In this document: one piece after another, positions 41,281-55,532 of the stretch | Numbering within the stretch: position 1 is the stretch's first letter | Layout: the number at the start of each line of letters is the position of its first letter | Source: Candidatus Cloacimonadales bacterium | GTDB taxonomy: Bacteria > Cloacimonadota > Cloacimonadia > Cloacimonadales > JAFGVF01 | Length of the DNA stretch: 64,000 bases | Reading direction: 5' to 3' | NCBI GenBank assembly: GCA_963663475.2 | Contig: CAXXJV010000001.1 | Location: forward strand, 2,400,001 to 2,464,000 | The notes under the pieces: model-generated | Databases searched by the model: none | Told to the model about the DNA's origin: nothing | The model's input: only the letters and a program-made list of their open reading frames with translations | Program-made: the position numbers and the translations under genes

Positions 41281-42470
41281 TCTTTCTTCCTTACTAATCC
41301 ATGTTCAGGTAATGATCCATTATACTCTATATAAGCATTAGTGTTAGGTTTAGTGAAGGTAATCTTTTGTTTATCTTCACTATAGATATTATTAACTTTA
41401 ATTATTAGGTCGTCTTTTATATCAGGAAATATTATCTCAATTTCATCCCCTATTTCAAATTTATTTAAAATCTGAATTTTAACAAGATTTTCTTCTTGAT
41501 TAATTACTTTCCCAATAAATTTATAGTCTCGGATATAGGCTGAATTATCATAAAATTGTGTATCAGAATCATCAAAACCAGAATAAAAGGCTTCAGTATA
41601 TACACGATGAGAAATATTGTTTAGCTCCTGGTAATAACTTTCTGGTATTTCTTGCCCACTAGCTATTTTATTAAGAACATTTCTATAAACTCGAGTAACA
41701 TTACTGACATAGTGCAGACTCTTCATCCTTCCTTCAATTTTAATACTAGCAAGACCAGCTTCATAAATCTGTTGAAGTCTATAGATTAAATTTAAGTCTT
41801 TAGAATTCATAATATAGGTACCAAACTCATCTTCTGTGACAGGGAAAAATTCATTGGGTCTTGTTTCTTCCACTAAAGAATACTTCCATCTACATGGCTG
41901 TGTACACTGACCTAAGTTAGCAGATCTATTGTTGAAGAAAGCTGATAACAAGCAACGACCTGAATAAGCAATGCACATTGCTCCATGAACAAACATTTCT
42001 AATTCAAGACTAGGTAGTTGCTGGGATATTTCAGTAATTTCTTGAAAAGTAAGCTCCCTAGCAATAATAACTCTCTCAGCACCTAGCTTATGCCAGAATT
42101 CAGCCGACTTCCAAGAAACCACATTAGCTTGTGTACTTATATGTATTGCTAGCTTAGTATTTTCCTTAACAACAGCAAATACGCCTGGATCAGAAACTAT
42201 TACTGCATCAATACCAATTTCCTCCAGAGTTATTACGTATTCAGCTAAACCCTTATAATGTCTATTATGAGCAAATATATTTACTGTTACATATATTTTC
42301 TTATTGAGACTGTGACAGAATTCAGTAGCCTCTTTTAGTTCTTCTAAAGTAAGATTACCAGCTTTTGCCCTAAGTCCATATCTTGACGTTGCAGTATAAA
42401 CAGCGTCTGCCCCATAAAATATGGCATATTTTAATTTTTCAAGATTTCCTGCAGGAGCTAATATTTCCAT
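41277..42470 (-). CDS. Peptidase U32 family (TrhP/YegQ-like)
   Basis: EILAPAG, HISTQ, HGAMCIAYSGRC, C.QPCRW, KIEGR. Confidence 0.92.
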   Translation of the reverse strand: MEILAPAGNLEKLKYAIFYGADAVYTATSRYGLRAKAGNLTLEELKEATEFCHSLNKKIYVTVNIFAHNRHYKGLAEYVITLEEIGIDAVIVSDPGVFAVVKENTKLAIHISTQANVVSWKSAEFWHKLGAERVIIARELTFQEITEISQQLPSLELEMFVHGAMCIAYSGRCLLSAFFNNRSANLGQCTQPCRWKYSLVEETRPNEFFPVTEDEFGTYIMNSKDLNLIYRLQQIYEAGLASIKIEGRMKSLHYVSNVTRVYRNVLNKIASGQEIPESYYQELNNISHRVYTEAFYSGFDDSDTQFYDNSAYIRDYKFIGKVINQEENLVKIQILNKFEIGDEIEIIFPDIKDDLIIKVNNIYSEDKQKITFTKPNTNAYIEYNGSLPEHGLVRKKE

Positions 42471-43730
42471 TTAATTACTCATTGATTTTAAGAAGTCTTG
42501 GTTATTTTTTGTAGTTAACATTCTTTTTCTTAGGGTTTCAATACCTTGAGCAGGACTCATAGTTTTAAGGAAATTTCTTAAGATATACATTCTATTTCTT
42601 TCAATTTCTGTAAGCAAGAGCTCTTCTCTTCTAGTTCCTGATTTAACTAAATCAATAGCAGGATATAATCTCATATCACTGATTGACCTATCTAAAACAA
42701 GCTCCATATTACCTGTTCCTTTAAATTCCTCGAAAATAACTTGGTCCATACGAGAACCAGTATCAACTAAAGCAGTTGATATTATGGTTAAACTACCTGA
42801 TTCTATAGTATCACGAGCAGCACCAAAGAATTTCTTTGGCTTAGTAAGTCCATTAGCATCAATACCACCACTGAGAACTTTTCCTGAAGAAGGTTGAACA
42901 TTGTTGTAAGCACGAGCTAATCTAGTTATAGAATCTAAAACAATAATTACATCTCTTCCTAATTCACATAACCTTTTCGCTTTATTGAGTACCATCTCTG
43001 CTACAGCAATATGGTTTCTAGGGGATTCATCAAAAGTAGAACTTACAACTTCTTGATTTCCTTCTTTTAAGATTTTTTTCATATCAGTAACCTCTTCAGG
43101 TCTTTCATCAATGAGTAAAACTAAGAGATAGGCATCAGGATGGTTAGTAAGAATTGCATTGGCAATATTTTGTAATAAAACAGTTTTACCAGTTCTAGGA
43201 GAAGCAACTATTAGACCTCTCTGTCCCATACCAATTGGTGTAAAGAGATCTATAATTCTTGTGGAGATAATGTCTTTCTCAGTCTCAAGATTAATCTTCT
43301 TTGTTGGGTAATAAGGAGTTAAATTATCAAAATGTTTAGATTCAAATGCTTTTTGAGGAGATTCATCATTTACAGCATCAACTCTAAGAAGTGCATAGTA
43401 TTTTTCACCTTCTTTTGGAGAACGAACTGGGCCTGAAATCATATGACCATGTTTTAAATTGAACCTTTTAATTTGGGTTAATGAGACATATACATCATCT
43501 CTACCAGGTAAATAATTGTTATGTTGGAAGCGTAAAAAACCATAGCCATCTGGCATAAGCTCTAAACAACCAGTGATGAAAGCTAATCCTTCTTGAGAGG
43601 CATTAAACTCTAAGATAGAATAGATTATTTCTAATTTTTTCATTGTACTATAACCAGTTAGACCTAAATCTTTAGCTATTTGATGAAGTTCTGGAACGGT
43701 TAGTTCAAAGATGTTATCATAAGTATTCAT
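42471..43730 (-). CDS. rho: Transcription termination factor Rho
   Basis: DGYGFLR, PIGMGQR, PRTGKT, IDERPEEVTD, EFKGTGNME. Confidence 0.98.
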   Translation of the reverse strand: MNTYDNIFELTVPELHQIAKDLGLTGYSTMKKLEIIYSILEFNASQEGLAFITGCLELMPDGYGFLRFQHNNYLPGRDDVYVSLTQIKRFNLKHGHMISGPVRSPKEGEKYYALLRVDAVNDESPQKAFESKHFDNLTPYYPTKKINLETEKDIISTRIIDLFTPIGMGQRGLIVASPRTGKTVLLQNIANAILTNHPDAYLLVLLIDERPEEVTDMKKILKEGNQEVVSSTFDESPRNHIAVAEMVLNKAKRLCELGRDVIIVLDSITRLARAYNNVQPSSGKVLSGGIDANGLTKPKKFFGAARDTIESGSLTIISTALVDTGSRMDQVIFEEFKGTGNMELVLDRSISDMRLYPAIDLVKSGTRREELLLTEIERNRMYILRNFLKTMSPAQGIETLRKRMLTTKNNQDFLKSMSN

Positions 43731-43781
43731 GGAAACTCCTAAATGGAAAATTTGGTTGTTAGTTTGTAGAATTTAAAAAGG

Positions 43782-43857
<76 letters not shown>

Positions 43858-44065
43858 ACAACATATTTCTTAAAAATATTAACCCTGAAATTGTGTCAAC
43901 CATTTTCACCATATTATTAAATTTTTTTTTATTTTTTACAGATAAACAGATTTTAAAAATCTGGATAATCATGTATTTAAATTTCGATAATCTATTATTT
44001 ATCAGTAAATTATATTTTATGTATAAATTCATTATCTATAATAACTGGAAATCATAATATGTCAA

Positions 44066-44614
44066 TTATCTTTTGCTTTCTTTTAGCAAATTAACATAAA
44101 TTTCATAATCTTCTTCACTAAAACAAGTAAAAAAAACTTTATTAGGCATATTATTCTTATCTAAAAAATCCTTAACTGTAGCAATTGCTATCCTAGCTGC
44201 TTCAATTTTAGGGAATTTATAAACTCCTGTTGAAATGGCAGGAAAAGCTATAGTTTTTATATTAAATTCTTTAGCAAGAATTAATGAATTCTTATAACAA
44301 TTAGCTAATTCCTCTTCTTGTCCATGATGACCAACTTGATAAATCGGGCCAACTGTATGGATAATATATTTTGTAGGAAGTAAATATCCCTTTGTTATCT
44401 TAGCTTGTCCTACTCCGCAACCATTGAGTAATTTACATTCATCAAGCAGTTCTTCACCTGCAGCCTTGTGAATAGCACCATCTACTCCTCCCCCGCCAAG
44501 CAAAGAGGTATTTGCAGCATTGACTATTGCATCTACACCTAAAGCTGTTATATCTGCAACAATAGTTTCTATCCTCTCATCTATTTGCTTATTCCTGCCA
44601 GGAACTTGCAACAT
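44066..44614 (-). CDS. Macro domain O-acetyl-ADP-ribose deacetylase (YmdB-like)
   Basis: [35 protein letters not shown]; start uncertain (44614 or 44632). Confidence 0.92.
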   Translation of the reverse strand: MLQVPGRNKQIDERIETIVADITALGVDAIVNAANTSLLGGGGVDGAIHKAAGEELLDECKLLNGCGVGQAKITKGYLLPTKYIIHTVGPIYQVGHHGQEEELANCYKNSLILAKEFNIKTIAFPAISTGVYKFPKIEAARIAIATVKDFLDKNNMPNKVFFTCFSEEDYEIYVNLLKESKR

Positions 44615-45820
44615 CTTGTCCTCTCTTTTCATTTACTCTTTGTAGGAAGATTAAACCAAATAAGAAAAAAGGAATAACTGTTAATATAGAATACCTGATA
44701 TCACCAGTTATTTTACTGGCTAAGCCAAATAAAATTGGTCCTATCACAGCTGACATTCTTCCAGTTACTGTATAAAATCCAAAAAATTCTGCATTTTTGC
44801 TCTGGGGTGTTAGAGAAGCTATCATTGCTCTGCTATTTGCCTGAGTTGAACCTATTGCGAAACCTGCAAGTAATATTACAAAGTAATAATCTTTTTTTGC
44901 TGGAGATAAGAAAGCCCAAAAAATAACAGACAACCAAATTAAAAGGCAAACAGTTAAAGTTTTTTTATGACCAATTTTATCTGCTATAAATCCAAATACA
45001 AAAGCACCTAAAATTGAAGTTAACTGGGCTAAGATAAATATTTTAATTGATTCTTCGGAAGTCATGCCATAGCGTTCATGTCCATATATCATTGTAAAAC
45101 CTATAGCCGTAGATATAGCATCATTATAGAAAAAGAAACTTAAGAGAAAGTTCCCCAAATCTTTAAATGACTTAATTGATTTAAATGATGATTTAATTCG
45201 TGAATAAGCTATTCTAAAGTAATTTGAACGTTTAGAAGGTCTTTTAAATTCTTTCAACATAACAAATGTTATTATAGCAAATGATCCATAAAATAGTCCA
45301 ACCATTGGAAAGACATACCTTATTTTTTCTATGTTAACTAGCCATAAGGCTAAAACAAGCGAAAGCAAACCTCCAGCATATCCAAAGGCCCAGCCAAAAC
45401 CAGATACTCTCCCTAACTGCTTTTTTGAGGCTATCTCTGATAAAAAAGAATCATAAAAGACAATTGCTGAATGAAAACCAAAATTTGCTATTATAAAGAA
45501 TAACATGCCATAGAAAATAGATCCTGGCCCAATAAAACCGAGTAGCATTGTAAAAATTACTGATAGGTAAGTATTATAGAAGAGAAACTTCTTCTTAGCT
45601 CTAGAGTAATCAGCTACAGCACCGAAAATGGGAGCAGTTAAAGCTACTAAAAACATTGATATTGCTAAGGATAGACCCCATAAAAAACTGCCATCTGCCT
45701 ATCTCCTACTACGACATTTTTAAAATATACACTATACACTACCGTTACAATAATGGTAGTAAATGAAGAATTAGCGAAATCATAGGCCATCCAACCAAAG
45801 ATGCTTTTATTTATCTTCAT
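44589..45820 (-). pseudogene. MFS transporter (Atg22/UMF1-like) split by a 1-nt frameshift near 45699
   Basis: ATG 45820 gives MKINKSIFGWMAYDFANSSFTTII..FKNVVVGDR then stops; the adjacent frame continues ADGSFLWGLSLAISMFLVA into ORF 44589-45656. May be a sequencing error. Confidence 0.85.
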
Positions 45821-46883
45821 TGCGATTTCCTTCTGATAAGTTAATAATAGGAAATTGGAAGTTTAAATAATTATCAATATTAGGAGAAGCTATTAATATT
45901 TGATGATCATTTGTTAATAGCCCAAGTATTTTATCTACCCTATTTTTATCAAGTTCTGATAAAGCATCATCAAAAATAATTATTGGACATGTATTCAGAT
46001 TATCTTTAATCATTTGGATTTGCGCAAATCTCAAAGCAATAACAAGTGATCGTCTCTGTCCTTGTGAAGAATACCTCTTTACTGAATATCCATTTATATC
46101 AAAGTTATATTCATCTAGATGAGGTCCAAAGAGAGATCTTTTGTATTCAATTTCACTTTCTTCAATCTTTATCAGATAGTCATTCAACCATTCTTCTTCA
46201 TAGATAACATGATTATTACTTTCATACTTAATTTCAAGTGTTTCAAAAGATTCTGTTATGTTATTTAAAGTAGATTCTGCGTAATCTACAAAGTTATTTA
46301 AGTACTTATGTCTGTATTCTACAACTTCCATAGCTTTTGTAATAAACTGTTTATTCCATTGCTTTAGTTGAGAGTGAAATCGTGAGTCTTTGAGAATTGA
46401 ATTTCTTTGTTCTAAAATTCTATAATAATCTCGCAATATTTCACTGTAAAGGACTGATGATTGGGTTATAGCTTGATCAAAAAAACTTCTTCGTTTCTGC
46501 CTATTACCGTTAACTAACCAAATATCATCTGCAGAAAAGTAAACAATTTTCAAATAATTATAGAGATCACTAATTCTTGTAATAGGATTATTATTGAGTT
46601 TAATATTTTTCTTAGTTTTGTTATAAGTTACCTGAAAATTATATACTTTATTTTCATCAAGGTACTTACTCTTAATCAAGAATTCATCAGCATCAAAATT
46701 AACTAAATCAGAATCTGCATATTGTCTGATTGATTTTCCGAAAGCAGGATAGCAAATAGCCTCGAGCAGGTTAGTCTTACCAATACCATTTTTGCCTGTG
46801 ATAAGACTACCCTGATTCTCAAAACTAAAAGTCTGTTTAGTATAATTTCTAAAATTATAAAGAGAAATTTCTTTTATATACAC
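45807..46883 (-). CDS. recF: DNA replication and repair protein RecF
   Basis: NFRNY, GKNGIGKTNLLEAI, GPH.D, SQGQ, DD..SELD. Confidence 0.95.
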   Translation of the reverse strand: MYIKEISLYNFRNYTKQTFSFENQGSLITGKNGIGKTNLLEAICYPAFGKSIRQYADSDLVNFDADEFLIKSKYLDENKVYNFQVTYNKTKKNIKLNNNPITRISDLYNYLKIVYFSADDIWLVNGNRQKRRSFFDQAITQSSVLYSEILRDYYRILEQRNSILKDSRFHSQLKQWNKQFITKAMEVVEYRHKYLNNFVDYAESTLNNITESFETLEIKYESNNHVIYEEEWLNDYLIKIEESEIEYKRSLFGPHLDEYNFDINGYSVKRYSSQGQRRSLVIALRFAQIQMIKDNLNTCPIIIFDDALSELDKNRVDKILGLLTNDHQILIASPNIDNYLNFQFPIINLSEGNRNEDK

Positions 46884-46886
46884 TTA

Positions 46887-48032
46887 CTATCTAGCAACTC
46901 TCAAAGGCATTAAGAGGTATCTTAACAAGCTACCTTCTGGGTCTTTTTCATTATAGAAGAGAGCAGGATTCTTAGCTTGGCCCATACAAATTTTAACATT
47001 ATCAGTATCTATACTATCTAAAATTGTTGTTAAAAATTTGAAGTTAAATGCTATACTAATATCTTCGCCATTATATTTAATATCATTAATAAATTCCTTA
47101 GCTCCACCTTTTTCATCATTACTTGTAGCTAATTCAAGTTGACTTCCTTTAATATTAAACATTATTTTGAAGCTATCTTCAGGAGCAACTAAAGATATTC
47201 TTTTAACTGCAGCTTTTAACTGTTGCTTATCTAAAAGAAGCTCATTAGGTAATGTTTCTGGGAATACTTTATTGTAATCTGGAAATTTGGTTGTCATAAG
47301 ATGAGAAAATACAACGAAATTTCTATACTTGAATACAACTTTATTTTTGCTAATTTCAGCTTCTAATATATCAGATTCATCTGAGATAATTTTTTGTAAG
47401 AAACTTATACCGCCCGTAGGTAGGACTATTTTCATAATTTCTTCTTCTTCATCAATCGTATTTACAAAATTATCTGTTTTTGAATCAATAGCAATATGAG
47501 CAATCTTTTTGCTATCAGTAGCTACCATTGCTTGTTTATCAGCTGAAATTTCCCATAAAATTCCAGAGAAGATTGAATTATGTTGATCTTTCTGAACAGC
47601 CACAATGGTTTTATTAATCATTTTATCAAATTCAGAAGCTTTAAATTTGATTGAGTCTGCAAAAACTGCTTCTGGTATTAATGGAAAGTTTGAGTAATCG
47701 GATAGATTTAAATTAAAATCAATATTTTCGCAATGAATTTTTAAAAGTTCATCATCTTTAGTGAAAGTAATTTGAGAGTCTGGTAAGGCAGATATAATTT
47801 CATTGAAATCTTTTGCTGTTACTGCAATTGTACCAGATTCCATTACACTTGCATTAAAAGTAACAATAACAGTTATTTTTAAATCTGTTGTAGTAATTTT
47901 AATCAAATTATCTATTTCAATGGCTTCTATCAAGTAGTTAGTTAAAATTGGCATTGTATTTTTACTTGGAACAACTTGAGAAAGATGTTGAATATTATGT
48001 AACAAATCTCCCTTATCTATAAAAAATTTCAT
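46887..48032 (-). CDS. dnaN: DNA polymerase III beta sliding clamp
   Basis: PILT, TDL, VATDS, FPDY, AFN, C-terminal LLMPLR. Confidence 0.95.
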   Translation of the reverse strand: MKFFIDKGDLLHNIQHLSQVVPSKNTMPILTNYLIEAIEIDNLIKITTTDLKITVIVTFNASVMESGTIAVTAKDFNEIISALPDSQITFTKDDELLKIHCENIDFNLNLSDYSNFPLIPEAVFADSIKFKASEFDKMINKTIVAVQKDQHNSIFSGILWEISADKQAMVATDSKKIAHIAIDSKTDNFVNTIDEEEEIMKIVLPTGGISFLQKIISDESDILEAEISKNKVVFKYRNFVVFSHLMTTKFPDYNKVFPETLPNELLLDKQQLKAAVKRISLVAPEDSFKIMFNIKGSQLELATSNDEKGGAKEFINDIKYNGEDISIAFNFKFLTTILDSIDTDNVKICMGQAKNPALFYNEKDPEGSLLRYLLMPLRVAR

Positions 48033-48293
48033 ATCTACCCCTTAATTATCATTATATTTTAATTTTTAATTTTGATTCAATTTGAATTACTTATCACATA
48101 CGTCAAGAAAAATATCGAATAACTTTCATTAGCCAAATGAGTTGAACAATCCTTTTATTTTTTACTAGAAATAGTATCATTACCTGCAATAGTAAGTGTT
48201 ATGTGGATACTTAAAACTTCGATTAACTTATGTTAGGATTAAGAAGTTTCCATCTAAGTAATAAACTTGTATATTTTATGGACGTTCCCCTAT

Positions 48294-48376
48294 GGAGACC
48301 GGAGTTCCTCAGCCCTAGGCAAGGGACTTCGGGCCAAGAAACTTGTCGGAAGTCGCTACTTCGTGAGCAACTCCCG
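48294..48376. repeat. Inverted pair of related GC-rich hairpins (REP-doublet-like)
   Basis: CCGGAGTTCCT..AGGGACTTCGG on + and CGGGAGTTGCT..AGCGACTTCCG on -, each an 11-bp stem with two G-T pairs. Confidence 0.6.
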
Positions 48377-48388
48377 TCACTCTTCACT

Positions 48389-48444
48389 AAAAAAAGCAGG
48401 GGTCAAAGATGGCCAGCCTGAAGTAGTTCCATCTTTGTCCCCTG
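48389..48444 (-). terminator. rrn operon terminator built from the same 16-bp arm that flanks 5S
   Basis: Minus strand CAGGGGACAAAGATGG-16 nt-CCATCTTTGACCCCTG-C-TTTTTTT. Confidence 0.75.
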
Positions 48445-48467
48445 TTGAAATACAACAGGGGTCAAAG

Positions 48468-48581
<114 letters not shown>

Positions 48582-48748
48582 CTTTGACCCCTGTCAAAAA
48601 TGTTTATTTTACTTAGTTTATCGTGCCTGAATAATTAATTTTAAAATGATTCTTATTCTTTCATTTTTCATTTTTCATTATTAATTCTTCATTTCTCTTA
48701 CTGTTGTTAAACAGTAAGAGATAATAGAGTGTATATAAAAAATATTAA

Positions 48749-51859
<3,111 letters not shown>

Positions 51860-51953
51860 AAAAAATTAATTATACACACTCTATTGCACTCTATTTACTG
51901 TAAAATTTTATGTATCGGAATTTAGTCTGATTAGGTTATATATAAGTATAAGA

Positions 51954-52029
51954 TGGTGGAGAATAACGGGCTCGAACCGTTGACCCCCTGCTTGCAAAGC
52001 AGGTGCTCTCCCAACTGAGCTAATCCCCC
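51954..52029 (-). tRNA. tRNA-Ala(TGC)
   Basis: GGGGGATTAGCTCAG..CT-TGC-AA..GGTTCGAG..CCA in the 16S-23S spacer. Confidence 0.97.
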
Positions 52030-52048
52030 ACTAATTTAATATATTATA

Positions 52049-52125
<77 letters not shown>

Positions 52126-52199
52126 CCTTACTTAGAACTAAATCCTTTATTTGTTATAGAATGAAAAAGTAAACTTATCAAGAAACTATTTCTCCTTTA

Positions 52200-53736
<1,537 letters not shown>

Positions 53737-53810
53737 TATAATAAATCGTGTTCCTGTCTCTCGCAAGTTTACTTCATTCATTCACTCTATAACTTTTTAA
53801 CTTTCTAAAA

Positions 53811-53896
53811 TTATTCAAAGATCATTTCCTTTGCTTTGGAACTTTAATTCCCGTGCATTGGTTCCGTCAAACTACTGGAGAGGGTATTCTTGTCAA
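53811..53896 (-). promoter_or_regulatory. rrn promoter (TTGACA-16 bp-TAGTTT) and boxA-like leader site
   Basis: -35 TTGACA at 53896-53891, -10 TAGTTT at 53874-53869, A tracts upstream, GATCTTTGAATAA at 53823-53811. Confidence 0.7.
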
Positions 53897-54103
53897 TACC
53901 TTTTTTTATCTTTTTTAATTTTTCTTGATAAATGCATAGACATTTTGGTCTTTTTAGCTACTGAAAAATGGTCATATATGCTATGTTTTTTTATCTGATA
54001 TTTTTTTTGATATTAAAAGTTTTTCGTCTGCTTTTTTAAAAATGAGTGAGTGAAAAATGCTAATGCTGAGAGAAAAAACAGGAAAAAGAGTGAGGAAAAG
54101 AAA

Positions 54104-55199
54104 ATGCCTGCAGGAATGCTGGCGCTGCTAGTTTCGGTGGGCAGACTAGGATCCGTAACCACTTGCCACCAGCGTAAACGCGGGCTGGAATCCCGCGACC
54201 CAAAGGCGGGTAGGGCTTTAGCAAAGTAAAGATTTGCAGTTTGGGTGCCAGGTGAGAGAAGAAAATGCTAGAAGGAATGCTGGCGTTCCCAGTTTTTTCT
54301 TGCCCACCGTCCGATAAAGCTGTTCAACTGTTGAGAAAAATTTTAGTATTCTGTTACCCTTTCTTTCACTATCCTTCCTTTACACTCTTTCGATGAAAGT
54401 CGGTTTTTCATCGAAAGAGTGTAAAGGAAGGATAGATGATGGTAAGAGGATTTTTATATTTTCTATTATTAGGTATAATAGAAAATTATCTTGCTCAGAA
54501 GAGAGGGATTGAGCTCCTTTTTAGTTTGGCTGTCAGGCAGAAAGAAAATGCCAGCAGGGATGCTAGCGCTCCCAGTATTAGGAAGATGCCAGCAGGGATG
54601 CTGGCGCTCCTAGTTTTGGTGGGCAGACTAGGATCCGTAACCACTTGCCACCAGCGTAAACGCGGGCTGGAATCCCGCGACCCAAAGGCGGGTAGGGCTT
54701 TAGCAATGTAAAGATATGGCAGTTTGTATGTTGTCTGGCAGAAGAGAAAATGCCACCAAGGATGCTGGCGCTCCCAGTATTAGGAAGATGCCTGCAGGGA
54801 TGCTGGCGCTTCTAGTTTTGCTGGGCAGACTAGGATCCGTAACCACTTGCCACCAGCGTAAACGCGGGCTGGAATCCCGCGACCCAAAGGCGGGTAGGGC
54901 TTTAGCAAAGTAGGGATTTGCAGTTTTTGTGCCTGGTAAGAGAAGGAAATGCCAGCAGGGATGCTGGTGCTCCCAGTATAAGGAAAATGCCAGCAAGGAT
55001 GCTGGCGCTCCCAGTTTTGGTGGGCAGACTAGGATCCGTAACCACTTGCCACCAGCGTAAACGCGGGCTGGAATCCCGCGACCCAAAGGCGGGTAGGGCT
55101 TTAGCAATGTAAAGATATGGCAGTTTGTATGTTGTCTGGCAGAAGAGGAAATGCCAGCAGGGATGCTAGCGCTCCTAGTTTTGGCAGGTAGAGCTTTAG
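54104..55199. repeat. GC-rich REP/BIME-like mosaic array: four identical 86-nt cores plus nine short hairpins
   Basis: Cores at 54139, 54621, 54823 and 55022; GCCAGCAgggaTGCTGGCGCTCC variants; ~200-nt period. Confidence 0.9.
54369..54435. repeat. Long palindrome family, copy 3 (perfect 30-bp arms, 7-nt loop GTCGGTT)
   Basis: CTATCCTTCCTTTACACTCTTTCGATGAAA and its exact reverse complement. Confidence 0.95.
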
Positions 55200-55357
55200 T
55201 GAAGAGTTCAGATTATTCTAGCAAAATAGCTTACAGAATTTTGACGCACATAATTTATATAGTCGGAGAAATTATGGATCTTACCTTTGCAGTAGAAGAT
55301 TCTGCTCTTCGTCAAGGTCTCTTGCATTATTAGGGTTAAAATCTGTAAAGTATAAAT

Positions 55358-55396
55358 GCCCAAGATTATGATAACATTAGTATCTAAATCTTGGGC
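55358..55396. terminator. Hairpin downstream of purH (possible terminator)
   Basis: GCCCAAGATT...AATCTTGGGC 10-bp stem with a 19-nt loop; weak T tail. Confidence 0.35.
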
Positions 55397-55532
55397 TAAA
55401 CATTTTCACATTTAAGTGAGTTAATAGTCTTCCTCGCTAAGTCTACCTCGCTAAGTCTACCTCTTTTAGTAAAAATAATCACTAGATTAGCTGAAGATTC
55501 AAGACATTTACAAGTATCTGAGCATTTTATAT

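Noticed and set aside
54104-55199. CRISPR array
   Set aside because: Repeats are 86 nt, linkers are repetitive and related to each other rather than unique spacers, and no cas genes are present
54436-55333. ORFs 54436-54711, 54700-55107, 54716-54913, 54918-55112 and 55151-55333
   Set aside because: Translations of the GC-rich repeat array on both strands, with no protein-like features
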